Below, piece by piece: positions 14,131 through 31,757 of a stretch of DNA of 64,000 nucleotides. Source of the DNA: Syncephalis fuscata S228 (taxonomy: Eukaryota > Fungi > Zoopagomycota); contig JAHLTZ010000013.1 of assembly GCA_025786725.1 (NCBI GenBank), positions 558,001-622,000 on the forward strand, in the 5' to 3' direction. The notes below the pieces were generated by a model. That model searched no databases. It was not told the DNA's origin and saw only the letters and a list, made by a program, of their open reading frames with translations. A program made the translations under genes and the position numbers. Positions within the stretch are counted from its first letter, which is position 1, and each line of letters starts with the position of its first letter.

Positions 14131-14936
14131 TGTACTGCTATTTCTTCACGCTTGCTTTATTCCCTCTCTTCCGCTATATGTTTGATTATTTTACATTTTG
14201 AACATGCATCATTTCTTTAAATGCTCAAGTAAATCTTGCTACGCTTTATTGAATCTGGCATATATTACGTAAACATGATAATGATACTCATAATTATTAA
14301 TCTAATGTATTATCAATTCTGTTGACTAACGATGACTACAAATTGACAAATGTCAGCTGTAAGTCATTTCTTTGTAATGGTGATGTGACTTTAAGCTACG
14401 ATACTGAAAGTCTTTATTTTCATACTTTATAAATAAAAATAATGTAAATCTAAATGAACAGTCAAAGAAATATATAATGTTAGCAATAAAAGCATAATAT
14501 GTTTAGGTAAACTGAATCAGAATATACAAAGTATATAATTAATGACAAAAGATGGCTTTTATTAATAAAGCATAAAGTAATATAGAGCAAAACGAATAGA
14601 TAAAATGAATAGTAATGATGAATGTATAGTATATACAGTTGAATGAATTGAGCGATACGACTAAACGCTTACAATGAATACAGTTGGCAATAAACAACAT
14701 GATTAATAACGCGTAACCAGTAGCTGATAAGATGATATAGAACAGAATGAATATACAATGATTAAGACATGAATAATAAAGCTATATTATGTTATATATA
14801 AATCAATGATTGAAATAAAAGGAATGCAGTGGGAATGATACAAGTGGATGGAGGCTATATGCATACTAGATAATAAATCTATGGTTACTACTTATATCAT
14901 TATCATTATTCATATAAACAAAGCTACATAGCAATA

Positions 14937-15743
14937 ATGTGCTTCACAGCAGTACGGTCAGCTCGCCACTATACGTCTCGCTTACAACGTATTAGTGCAG
15001 CTAAAGCATCTACTGCGTCAATAAGCGTAAACTGCTATGCATTAAGGAATAGATTGGCACGATCTATTAGCTTTTCTTCGCGTCCAGCTACCAATCTATT
15101 AGCAACGCCTACATTACTTCGTTCTTCATATCGTGCCTTTAGTGTTAGGCTTCGTCAGTAAAAACCGGCTCGGCTGCTGGCAATAACTTTCAAATTAGGT
15201 AGGTTATTTAACAACTGTCGTAATTACTGCCTATACTATTGCTACAACAAAAAATAGCCAGCAATCAAGTCGCGAGTATGAATTGCGCTCGGAAGAGACG
15301 CTCGATGGATTGACCACCTATCTTGAAGATCTAATGGAGCAGTTTAATGATCCTAGCTACGATATTTCGTATTCGGTAAGCTTCATTGTTAATGAATAGT
15401 ATATGAATCGATACTAGACGATGTAAACAATAGCAAGGTGTATTAACGCTACAACTTGGCCCACATGGTACATTTGTATTAAACAAGCAGCCACCCAACA
15501 AACAAATATGGCTGTCATCGCCACTTAGGCAAGTAGAAAAGACACAGTAAATTGCATTACAGGTTATTTATATTTAATTTATTTGTATAAACGTTCAGTG
15601 GACCAAAACGATATGACTATGATACTAATGCTAAAGTATGGTTTTACGCACGAGATCAATCGCTACTACATGACTTGTTGGACAAGGAGCTGTCGGAACT
15701 AATGGGTCTCGCGGTTAGAACATCACAATTACCGATCCATTAA
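14937..15743 (+). CDS. YFH1: Frataxin (mitochondrial iron chaperone), 4 exons, last intron GC-AG
   Basis: Spliced translation gives YDISYS|[32 protein letters not shown]|GPKRYDY and an Arg/Ser-rich presequence. Apparent frameshift near 15148. Confidence 0.9.
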
Positions 15744-15751
15744 ACCAGTCT

Positions 15752-17714
15752 TTATATTTTAACTCGAATACGATGGCTTCTTTGGCCGATAAATACATGT
15801 GCTGTATCCCAGCCATAACTACTTAGCTGATCTAGTAATTGATCAAATGTATTGACTACTGTATTGTGTGTCTGGTGCACTAATTGATCGTAATGATGAT
15901 TGATTCTACTTGGTTTCAATGAAGCCATGTTATTTTTTGGTAATTCAGCTGTATCAAGTAAACGGCGTAGCAGTGATGCATGATAAATACCGCGTATTAA
16001 ATCAATATCCTGTGCACCAACTGCATACCATATCCACACTTGATGGTTAGCAACTGCAATATAATACTTTTCCGATTGACAAAGATGTCGTTGAGTAAAT
16101 AAATCAGTTAGACGGCGGTAATTTAGTGGCCGTGCACCGTTGGTGGGTACAGGAGAATATAGAGCTAATTTGTAGCTTAAATGGCGTAACGGTACGTCCA
16201 TCTCGAGTCGAGTAGTGAATTGAGATGGCGTTCGACGAATAAATGATTCATGTTCGGCTACACATGTTGGTGTTAATGCTTGTGTCATATCTATAAGCAA
16301 CAATGTTAAAACTATCATTTATCTGAACTAACACGTATTTACCGAGTTTTGCATCAGTGTGTTTATAATTGCGAATCACTGGCCAAATGGCCATTTCAAA
16401 CCGAGTTGTATTAAGTGTTCGTGTTCTGACTACGGCAGTCAGTCGATAGCAGGCATGAAGATTTAGTACACTGAATGCTGCATAAATAGCAGCTGTTATA
16501 ATGAGATTAGAATTGGCTGCTGTACAGACAACTACACCAATGCCAGTACCTAGCATGTAGATTTGGTAAATACAAGCATTTAAACGACCACCATCCAGTC
16601 TATTCTTACCAATTAAACCGGCGGCAGTGCTTTGAGATCCTGATTTTGCTGTAACATCGCCCAAACTAAATACATTGGCTGGTTATTAGACTAAAACCGA
16701 CTGTATAATGTAACTCAACTTGTCGTGGCATGCAAGTGTTTGCTGCATTTGTGTACGTGTGGCACCGGCTGCAAGCCATGCTACGTTTTTGCCTACCCAT
16801 GATAGCAATTAATATTCATTTAATTGTAAGCATTGGTAGTTGGTATAATTACCTATATTTGAAATAGATGCAATGGCGAGAAAGCCGCCCGGCCATAGTG
16901 GCGATACAATCTCAATAGCGCCTGCTAGCTGCATAAGCACTGCAGCACGCATACGATGTCGCTTTGGCTCCGAATCAAATCGATCACCAACAACGCCTGC
17001 GTACAAAACACCGCCCAACTGTCCTAGGCCGTCCTTAATAATCCAATTGAGTGCCGCGGCCATCTATTGGTAAAACAGTTGCAAGGATAGTTGTAAGCCA
17101 GTGTTAGCTATATTCAATGCTCTATTTACTGGGATCGAGCCCGCTCCTAGGCCAACGGCAAATAGTAGACACTGCATACTGAGCACTGATTGATAGACGA
17201 GGCTGCGGTTAATGCGACAAACAAGGATGGTATACAGCACAACTGTCGCCTACATACCGCCATTAATCGAGCCGGTCAGATTATGGACAAACTGCCATAG
17301 CGAATAAGGCATGTACTCGGAAGTTACAGATTTCGGGTAGTTGCGAGGTAGAAAAGCGGCGCGTAGACCATCGCGTGCCGCGTCAATAAGCCGTGTCTCT
17401 CGACTATCCGTCATAATAAACTTTGCAGTACTGCTTGGCTTCGTTAATCTAGCTTTGTTATTGGTTGATAATATACTGCTTGTATTAGTATCTATATCCT
17501 CTCTGGCACTATCACATTGGCCAGGCGTCATACGTGTCCAACGCCAGCCTAGTAATGTACGCTCACGTTGTTGTATAAACAGCGGTTTGCTCCCTGTTGA
17601 ACTGCGTGCAGAAGAACCCGTGCTATATTCGCTTGCTAGCCACTTGGAACGAAGCGTACGCGACACTACAACTGGCAGTCGGTAACGCGCTGTACCGCCA
17701 ATATTCCATAGCAT
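15752..17714 (-). CDS. RUS1/DUF647 family protein, multi-exon
   Basis: FLPRNYPKSVTSEYMPYSLWQ, AAALNWIIKDGLGQLGG, FDSEPKRHR and LGDVTAKSGSQ are DUF647 hallmarks. Confidence 0.85.
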
Positions 17715-18084
17715 AATGTCGCTTTTATATTTACTAAATGCTTAGTATTGCAATCCGTTACGCAAGTAGGTAAACGGCCAGCCGAAAGAAAAAGGAGGAG
17801 GTCATTGTTACCGTCTTCGTCGTCGCCTTTGCCATCCAGTCTTTCTATGGATTTATGGATTGCAGATTCAACTCCTGAACAAGAGACCCAATAGTCTTAT
17901 GATGAATCAATTGAAATAAAACCATATATACTTCATCTAGCAGATGGTGTTCAAGCCATTTTTGGATGCTGTCTTATTTGCGTTACTTGTTTTCAATGTA
18001 TGGGCAATTAACTGCTTAATACACTAACATAATAGCCATATTTATAGTATTTATCAAATAAATAGTAGGCAATTTCATATGTCA

Positions 18085-19308
18085 TGTCTACACTTTTATT
18101 CTTTTCTATCTATCATTCAGTATATCATGATGCATTGTTTTATGCCTACCACTAATACACTTTAATATACTGTTGCTGCTCTTTTATTAGTATATAGAAT
18201 GAAATGATTTAATTTGTGGTGGACTACTTTTATTATTTGTTAGTTATTCATTTTAACTGCCCTTGCTATTTAAATAGTGATATGTTCTATAATAATAGCT
18301 TATTATTTGGTGTTAAATGGCTTTATTCTTTTAATACATTCGCTATTATACTAAAATGTGTTCTATGATAATGAGTAGTTTGTTATTAAATGACATCATT
18401 GTTTTAGTTCATTTATATTAACAACACAACATACAATCTATGTCGCTACACTTTCCTTTCTCTTTCTTCACACTTGATAGCATATATACATTGCATATAC
18501 TTGTACACTCTATATATACCAGTTAGATATTGTTGGTAGTTATTTGACTACTAGTTATGTACAAACACCTTCTACACTATGTACTTGCATTGCTCTTTTG
18601 TAATCTTACCTTCATTACTCCAATCACTAGTATTGGCAGTTTTATTGCCACGGTAAGTGCATTTCTGGCTTGCTTTATGTCATGTCGAGCAGTGCTATGA
18701 AAATATCGTTGCATGCTTTATTTGTACTATGGAATGCAATTGCAGTTCATCTAACAGCAACTTTGCAATCTCAACAGCGATAATACGATCTACTACTGCA
18801 AAGACTGTACAGTCTGCTGTCGGTACGGTCTACAGCAAAGATCTATAGTAAAACAAAGCATGCAGTGACTTTAACAACATATAGCCACCACAGTCATCGT
18901 GTACAGCAGTTGTACGCATACACCGGTAATAGTATAGAAAGCTTTACTATACTGGTACTGACCAATCATTCAGCGTTAATATAGCAGCGCAGTTTGCTAC
19001 TGTTGCTACTCTGTATGTGCATAGCTGCCAGCACAATAACTATACCAGTTATATACACCATTATATCTTCACCAATTGTTCCATTCTTTGCTCTATTTAC
19101 CATCTAAACAACCTCACTCATCAGTAATTAATTCTAAGCAGTGGCGTTTATGATGGATTGTTGCATTGCATTTTTGCAAACTATCTTACTAATATGTGCT
19201 TAAAACGCGTCATTTTCTATTTAATAGACAAATGTTGTTATATTTTATTCAATAAAGCATGTTGTCAACAAGCATATACATGAACATACAAATTGCCGTG
19301 TGTTTATA
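18085..19308 (+). repeat. Repeat family A, copy 3
   Basis: ~18450-19308 is near-identical to the reverse complement of ~25391-26250; ~18085-18200 matches the rc of ~52440-52560. Confidence 0.9.
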
Positions 19309-20294
19309 GCCTACAATCCAAGAAGACTATTTTACATTTATTATTGAATGAGTTGTTGTCTTTTCTTATTTAATTGTTTGTTGATATCATTGGTGGCTAG
19401 TATTAAATTGCTATTTTCCATATTCATAACTATTAGATTATAAACATTTATTTTTGTCTCATTCTACTACTCATTGCTCAGCTTTTATCTTTACGGCATT
19501 TTGGTCGTATAAATCCAAAGATAACTGTTTATATTATCGGCTATCCCATACCATTATACTTTGATTCAAGCAATAAAAGCTTTTAAAATAAATCAAACTC
19601 AATAATACTAAATATAACTAATAACCAATATCATATAATCATTATAATTATACTCTGTTTTATATACCATGATAATATCATTTTATTTACTCAAACATAG
19701 TGATTTTAATTACAAAGATAAATAATTGTAATTATAGAAATTAAGAGTAATAATGGCCATTTTAATAAAATAATTTATAATAATAATTCCATTTCAATAT
19801 TTTGTTTGTATTGCTATGATAATAATACTTACTAGTTATAAATATGTGAGCAATTGTATTAAAAATACACTGTGTTAATGGTGTGCAATACAGAATATTA
19901 AAGTATATCATTAACTATGTCTACCATAAAATGGTAGCTTTATTTAATATCAATAAATTTCATAAATTTTAGCTTCATCTTATCACTCCTCAGTGTTATA
20001 AAATTTATTCAGCTTATTAATGTCATTAAGAAGTATGTTTATTATTTGTTCAATATTAATCAATTAAAATTTTTATATATTGAACATTAAAACATTAGCA
20101 AACACCAGAGGCTAACATGATAGCACAGCATCAAGATAAAGTGTTGTTTGCTCGTTTAGTCTACGGCTTCATAGGCAAAGCAATAAATTAAAAGCTATGA
20201 ATTATAAATAAATACATTTTTATTTAACAGTGTCAATGCAGCTCCAATTTTAGTGTTACCCAGTATTCTATTTTAGCTGCAGTTCGTTGCTTGT

Positions 20295-20780
20295 TTAGCA
20301 TTTTGGAAAATGCTTTAGCAATTTATCGTTACTACCAAAGTATTGTGTCCAGTATGTTGTGCCTTCATTGCTTACAGCCATGCCACTGCCGAAATGCGTG
20401 GCATTGCTTACTAAGCTTTGAAAGTGAGTGGGTGATTGAATCCAGTCGTCCATAACTTCCTCCATAGATGTCTGTCCGCCTGCGGTATTTTCTCTTACAC
20501 TATCCCATTCGCCACCGCCGATGGAGTAGCGCTCCATTAAGTCAGGCTCACCAGCAAAAGAATAGCCCATCCTGTTATTACGGGCTTGAAATGCACTGTG
20601 GTCCTGTGCAGCTTTGTTTAGACCGTCATGAATTGCGAATGGAGGAAGCTTTCGTTCACCGCGGAATCTGTTGACCAGACAAATCATACTTGTTTGATCA
20701 AAACTAACTGAACCTGCGCTTACTTCGATCGCACTGGCGGCGACTGCGGTAATCATAATGAGAGTAGTGAGGAATTGCAT
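20295..20780 (-). CDS. Secreted CAP/SCP (PR-1-like) domain protein, intronless
   Basis: N-terminal signal peptide; LVNRFRGERKLPP, LNKAAQDHS, ENTAGGQ, WIQSPTHFQSL, GTTYWTQYFG. Confidence 0.9.
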   Translation of the reverse strand: MQFLTTLIMITAVAASAIEVSAGSVSFDQTSMICLVNRFRGERKLPPFAIHDGLNKAAQDHSAFQARNNRMGYSFAGEPDLMERYSIGGGEWDSVRENTAGGQTSMEEVMDDWIQSPTHFQSLVSNATHFGSGMAVSNEGTTYWTQYFGSNDKLLKHFPKC

Positions 20781-22007
20781 GGTGGTAGTGTTCGTAAGTT
20801 TAAAAGTCGCGCGTAACTATTCGTGTGTTTAGTTGATTAAGCAGACTAGCTGCAATCAATGGCATAAAGGCACTGGCGTAAAAGTCGTTGCAAAAGCTGT
20901 AGCTTTGTTGAGGTACTGAATAAACCATTGACCAGATAAGCCACTGTGTATTTATATTCAATATTATATTAACAACTGCTAAGATGTGCTTCATGATTAC
21001 AGCCATGACCAAGAGTGTTCTTATTTTTTAGGTCTTAAATGGTATAATGAACAACATCTTCGGCCACGTTATGCTAAAACATAACAGTCCTCGATGGCTC
21101 TTACTTTAATGTTTCAAATAATCAACCAGCTATATCATTTTTATCAAAATCGTACTTTTACACATTATATTGCCATAATTTACCAACCGTGTTTGTGTAT
21201 TGCAGCTTTATTCTTTATTCTTGAGATTAGTGATTTTTTGCCAACAAATATATCACCACACCAATTAATATGCTAGACTGTAAAGCTAGTTTTACTAGCT
21301 ATAGAACACTGCATGTTTCATAATATTGCGCAATACAAGCTTGCACTCTCTTATTGTATCAAATTTTTTATCCAACCTCCGCAATACTAGTTTGAAATTG
21401 CATGTCTTGCCATATTTACTAGTTATAATCCATTAATTTCATTACACAAGTGATAAGGCCAAATTCCATGAAACTATCCCGGTTATGTTTAACGCAGTAC
21501 TACCATAGTTAGCTGCTATTGATTTATAGGCAATTACCCCTATTATGAATATATTGGCTCAAGGCGTTGTAGCAGACTAATAAAACTGGTAGTGTTACAA
21601 ATACAAATACTTCACGTGCAATGTAAACAATACTGCTATGGATTACAATAAATCCAGTCGCTACATTATAAAAGTTTTACATATCGTATTAAAAACGTGT
21701 TAATGTTTTAACATATGTTTACAATTCAACTTTCGATAAACCATGTTGCGTAGTCTGTCATATCATAAACATAATCATGTTTATACACGATTAGTAAAAT
21801 ATATGGTTTTATCGACAGTTGCACCAAAAAATAAATAAAATTCAACTATAAACAAAAACATTAACAGCACATTCAATTGTAGATATCCGATTTCAGATAA
21901 TAACTATGGCCATCATAAAGATGTGGCATTCTCTGTTTCTAATAATCATCGCCGTATTAAAAAAAGATTTCAACGTAATTAGGTGGTAAAATGCAAGGAA
22001 ATTAAAG

Positions 22008-23214
22008 CAATAAAGCCAATTTACTTAATAAAACATTGACAATAATACATATAACTTACGTATAATAAAGCAAATTGTTTGATATTTTGCACATGTGTGT
22101 GTATAACATATAGGTAACTACTGGCAAAGTATACCGTTATTGCATTGCATGATGGTGTAATGGTTACGATAATACGCCGATAAATGTGCAAAAATAACAG
22201 TTTTTAGTCATTTATGACTTACATAGTTAAAATACAGCAAAATGATTGTTGGATTTGAGTCCTCCATGCTTCGCTGTATCGATTGGTATGATTTATAAAA
22301 CAATGATTTTTACAAAAAAATGCTGGTCAAAAATGCTATTTACGTATTTTAATTTACTTAATAAAAAGTTAATAAAATTATACATAACTTTACGTATAAT
22401 AAAGCAAATTGTTTGATATTTTGCACATGTGTGTGTATAACATATAGGTAACTACTGGCAAAGTATACCGTTATTGCGTTGCATGATGGTGTAATGGTTA
22501 CGATAATACGCCGATAAATGTGCAAAAATAACAGTTTTTAGTCATTTATGACTTACATAGTTAAAATACAGCAAAATGATTGTTGGATTTGAGTCCTCCA
22601 TGCTTCGCTGTATCGATTGGTATGATTTATAAAACAATGATTTTTGCAAAAAATGCTGGTCAAAAATGCTTTACGTGTTATTAGTTAACAAAGCTTTATG
22701 TTATGCATATGTATATGACATAGATTATCAATTTACATCGGTATTTCTTTACACCAACTTACTATTATGATTGTTATAGTATTGCAAAGCGCTTCAAATT
22801 TACTTAATCCAAATCGAGTTTTTAATATTAAATTTTCTAAAATCATGAAGTCTAATAACTTTTCGTTAACTAATAACACGTAAAGCATTTTTGACCAACA
22901 TTTTTTTGCAAAAATCATTGTTTTATAAATCATACCAATCGATACAGCGAAGCATGGAGGACTCAAATCCAACAATCATTTTGTTGTATTTTAACTATGT
23001 AAGTCATAAATGACTAAAAACTGTTATTTTTGCACATTTATCGGCGTATTATCGTAACCATTACACCATCATGCAACGCAATAACGGTATACTTTGCCAG
23101 TAGTTACCTATATGTTATACGCACACATGTGCAAAATATCAAACAATTTGCTTTATTATACGTAAGGTTATACGTATTATTGTCAATGTTTTATTAAGTA
23201 AATTAGCTTTATTG
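22008..23214. mobile_element. Foldback/MITE-like structure: two direct ~330-bp copies followed by one inverted copy
   Basis: 22008-22345 and ~22352-22690 are near-identical direct repeats; ~22864-23214 is their reverse complement; ~175-bp spacer; no coding capacity. Confidence 0.75.
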
Positions 23215-24605
23215 ATTTTGCTATCGTTTTTTGCCACTTAATTACACTAAACGCATTCTTTCAATACATTGCTTACTTTTATGGTATTGGCGCAATAATT
23301 CTACACTTTAATTTGTAAAATAACGCTCTATTGCCAGTTCAAGGTATTATACATAAAATAAGATATTTTACTGTAATCACGACTATCAGAAATAATAACA
23401 TTACATTTATATAATGGTCCTATATATTTAAAACAACAAATAGTTTAATCTACAATGTTTATAAATGTTGTGTATAAATGGTAAGATTTTCCGCATTATC
23501 TACTCAACACAATTATTCATTCTATTCTATATCATTTATTTTGTAGTAGTCATGTACTATTTATAATTATTGCCCGTTTTTCTCCAGTTTGATTATCAAT
23601 AAACTTTGACTATTTTTGTTTATTGGACCATATATGCAGATAAAACAAACAATATGAGTATGCATAAACTTATTGCTTAATTATAATTGTGTATTTGGTT
23701 AATCATTTATAACTATTGATTGCTAAGCTAGTTAACATCAAATAGGCCGATATAGAACTGTAGAAAGCTATAGAATAAAGAAATACAAATATCCATATTA
23801 TAGTATTATGAAAATATAATGGTATGGCGATATCTATAATAAATGTATTTATATTGAATGGTTAGAATAATAAATTTGATGACTAATATAATGCACAATC
23901 CATCTCCATCTTCAATAGAACCAATGTCTAGCTCAATTACGTGAATGTTATTACATTTATTCGTTTAAATCCCAAATTACATTAAATTATTAATAAACGG
24001 TTTTTAAATTAAATATAATAATAATTCCAATATCCACATTTACTATTCAATCATCAATGTTGATACATCACCTTTGCCATACACTTGCCTTAGCTCTACT
24101 GTGCTACTGCCAACTATATAGCAACCGTTTTAAGCAATGTATAATAATACACTTTATCAAAATACAATAACAGTCTACTGACATATATATACCACTCATA
24201 TAAATATTGAATTTATTATACACATTATTAAAATAAAACCAACTTGCCATTTTAAAATTTACATCTAGCATAGCCAATTTGTTGATATGCATAGACAAAG
24301 ATAGCTGTTGGATTAGAATTGGCAAATTTGTGCATAGAACCAGCATCTAAATGCCATCACTATGATATCTTGTTACAGACAGGACAGGATTTGCCGGTAC
24401 AAACAAGCTCAACATTAATAATTGTATAAAATGATATGTAGATTGGTGTAAAATAAACAAATTATGATAGTAGTTAAGCAATTATGCAGCCACATCACTA
24501 AAATGCATGCACACGCAGTAAAAACGTACAAAAGACACACCAGCGTGCCTTTAATATATACTGATGTCTATATACCAAAGCAGATCGCGGCAAAACAAAA
24601 AACAA

Positions 24606-24678
24606 TGCCTTCTGGCGGAATCGAACCGCCGACCTTCTGCTTACTAGGCAGACGCTCTGCCAACTGAGCCAAGAAGGC
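24606..24678 (-). tRNA. tRNA-Thr(AGT), intronless
   Basis: rc reads GCCTTCTTGGCTCAGTTGGCAGAGCGTCTGCCT-AGT-AAGCAGAAGGTCGGCGGTTCGATTCCGCCAGAAGGCA, a full cloverleaf, followed by a T-run Pol III terminator. Confidence 0.97.
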
Positions 24679-25390
24679 TTGTTAAAATTTTTTGTCCAAA
24701 AACATATCTGTTCCAAATTATTTTGGAATTTTTTAAAATAATTGGCTTTTTTTAGTAATGAGTTAATCTACATGCTAAAACAGTTTATAGACTATATAAG
24801 GCAGCTTTAAAGTAAAATATATTTGTTATTTTACTATTATACTTGTATTTTTATGTATATACATGTATAGAAACAAATAATATTAATCAATAAATAATTT
24901 ATTAGCTTTATTAATTATTCTAACTATTATATATATATCCATTAATCTGAATGTCTTAATAAACATCCAATATAACACAAATACATTAAAAATGGCTCTA
25001 CTTTATTATATACAGCATACTACAGTAAAAGCTCATTTAATTATAATTTACTGCTAAAATACTGCAGTATACTATAAGGTTATTTTTGGTTGATGTGCGC
25101 GTTTTGCTTTTCTTTTTAAATTTGGAAGGATTCTATTGTTTGCTGCATTGTACATTTTAATACTATGGTGGTCAAATGCAATGGTATTACAGTAAAAAAG
25201 TTTTTATAGAGTATAAATAATACTGTTATTACCTTGCTAATAATATCAATGTGACAATTGCATGATATTGTCTATTATTTATCTTGTTAGTATGTATTGA
25301 GCCTGATTTTTTTAAAAATATTTATTAATTGAATCATAATAGCATGAATACGAACAGCAATACTAGCGTTTTGCCTTTAAAACTATACTT

Positions 25391-26545
25391 TATAAACACA
25401 CGGCAGTTTGTATGTTCACGTATGTGCTTGTTGACAACATGCTTTATTGAATAAAATATAACAACATTTGTCTATTAAATAGAAAATGACGCGTTTTAAG
25501 CACATATTAGTAAGATAGTTTGCAAAAATGCAATGCAACAATCCATCATAAACGCCACTGCTTAGAATTAATTACTGATGAGTGAGGTTGTTTAGATGGT
25601 AAATAGAGCAAAGAATGGAACAATTGGTGAAGATATAATGGTGTATATAACTGGTATAGTTATTGTGCTGGCAGCTATGCACATACAGAGTAGCAACAGT
25701 AGCAAACTGCGCTGCTATATTAACGCTGAATGATTGCTCAGTACCAGTATAGTAAAGCTTTCTATACTATTGCCGGTGTATGTGTACAACTGCCGTACAC
25801 GATGACTGTGGTGGTTATATGTTGTTAAAGTCACTGCATGCTTTGTTTTACTATAGATCTTTGCTGTAGACCGTACCGACAGCAGACTGTACAGTCTTTG
25901 CAGTAGTAGATCGTATTATCGCTGTTGAGATTGCAAAGTTGCTGTTAGATGAACTGCAATTGCATTCCATAGTACAGATAAAGCATGCAACGATATTTTC
26001 GTAGCACTGCTCGACATGACATAAAGCAAGCCAGAAATGCACTTACCGTGGCAATAAAACCGTCAATACCAATGATCGGAGTAATGAAGGTCAGATTACA
26101 AAAGAGCAATGAAAGTAAATAGTGTAGAAGGTGTTTGTACCTAACTAGTAGTCAAATAACTACCAACAATATCTAACTGGTATATATGGAGTGTACAAGT
26201 ATATGCAATGGGTATATGTTGTCAAGTGTAAAGAAAGAGAAAGGAAAATGTGATGACGTAGATTGTGAGATGTGAGCCCGTCAGTCAATATTTATAAACA
26301 GCCGAGTTTAATTCATTAATAAATGCAATGTGAAATAATAAAAGTCAATCTACCCAACATGTCGGTACATCATAGAACAGATTAATAGTAAATGAATAAA
26401 TGCATTAAGAATAAAAGTTATTTGGTATTAAAAACTACTCAGTATCATAGAACACATATTCAGTATAATAACGAGTGTATTAAAAGAATTGAGTAATAAA
26501 GTAAAAGTCATTTGACACCAAATAATAAATTATTATTATAGAACT
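25391..26545 (-). repeat. Repeat family A, copy 4 (inverted)
   Basis: Reverse complement of 18450-19308, and of ~13200-13530 in its right part. Confidence 0.9.
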
Positions 26546-27111
26546 TATTAAAAGTAATAAGAGTATGATACAGGGTAGAAACAGTATATGAAAGCTAATT
26601 TACCACCAAAATAAATTATTTTATTATATTATAAGCACTGTTTTTTACTCAAATTATATGGTGGTCCATTACTTGATACATTGTATAGGAATAATGAAAC
26701 ATTTAGTGCAATATGTGGAAAGAGATTTGTTTATTCAAGGTCATGCCACAGCTATACAGTAATATTATTAATAAAATGACATCTTTATTGTTATTATTTT
26801 ATTGCTATGTCATCGTCATGTTTTTAGATTGTTCTATAATGTTATCGCTATGATATCATATGGATAAATATGGTATTATGCAAAACATGGTTGGTTGATA
26901 AGCATGAACGATGCTTGGTTACACGAAAGGGACTGGTGAAACCTTGAAGATAGAAGCATTGGCCAGGAATATCAGCCAATGTAGCAGATTTTAGAAATAA
27001 TAAATTAGTTACTATTGACACCATGACAACCTCATTTCCATTTTCATTCTTTTATGTGTCTCGTCTATCTGCCATTATCGTTTTTGTAGTTTGAATTGAT
27101 CAATATCCAGT

Positions 27112-30894
<3,783 letters not shown>

Positions 30895-31546
30895 GTACTT
30901 TTGTACGCATGTTATATAAAGTATCGTTTAAACTGCCATAGAATAATTAATGTATTTATTATAATTAAGTAATACAGCAATGTTATTTACGTTTACTATT
31001 TATCTTTATTTCTACATATTTTAACAACAACAGCATATTTGATTTGTCATTCAATGGCCATTGTAACCTGCATAATCACACCGGCCATTCAATAACATCG
31101 ACATGTGACTACTAACTAACTAGATATTGATTATCTGTTCTCATTCTTTCTACTTGGTGGCCCCTTTTTTGTAGTCAGCTGTCCAATCAGTACGCAAAGC
31201 ACAAGTCCCCTTTTTTCTTTTCTTCACACCGATATGGAAGGACGAGGGAAAGAAAGAAAGTGAACGAGTGAGGGAGAGTTTTTCTTCTCACTGGTCTGCA
31301 CCCGCTACAGCACCACGCTTTACCTCTCACTCTCTTCTTTTATCGATCGAGTAGCGAAAGGCTTTCAACCTGCGCTTCCGCGTTCAATCCTATACTTCCT
31401 ACCTTACCGTTTGCCCACGTTTGATTTAAATCTTCTCGTGCGAGTCTACGTTTGCGTGTTGTCGAACTTGTTCGCCAGCTATTTTATCCGTAGTAAGGAT
31501 TGATCCGGACGTTGGCCGTTCCTCTAGCCTCGTTCGTTTATTCTGC

Positions 31547-31578
31547 AAAAACCTTAAAAAAACTTCAAAAAACAAAAA
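31547..31578 (+). promoter_or_regulatory. A-rich tract in the putative PAB1 5' leader (candidate autoregulatory PABP-binding site)
   Basis: aaaaaccttaaaaaaacttcaaaaaacaaaaa lies ~180 nt upstream of the ATG in an otherwise pyrimidine-rich leader. Confidence 0.55.
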
Positions 31579-31757
31579 CTTACGTCTACTTTATAGCTGC
31601 CGTCTGGTTAGTTCTATAGAGTAGTATTGTCATCGCTCTGTCATCTCTTTTGTTTGGCGATCGATCGTTCTTTTTTTACTATTGCGTGTTATTGACACCG
31701 CTACTGCGTTTGCTATTCCGTCCTTAATACAAACGTACATCTACTACTATTATCATT

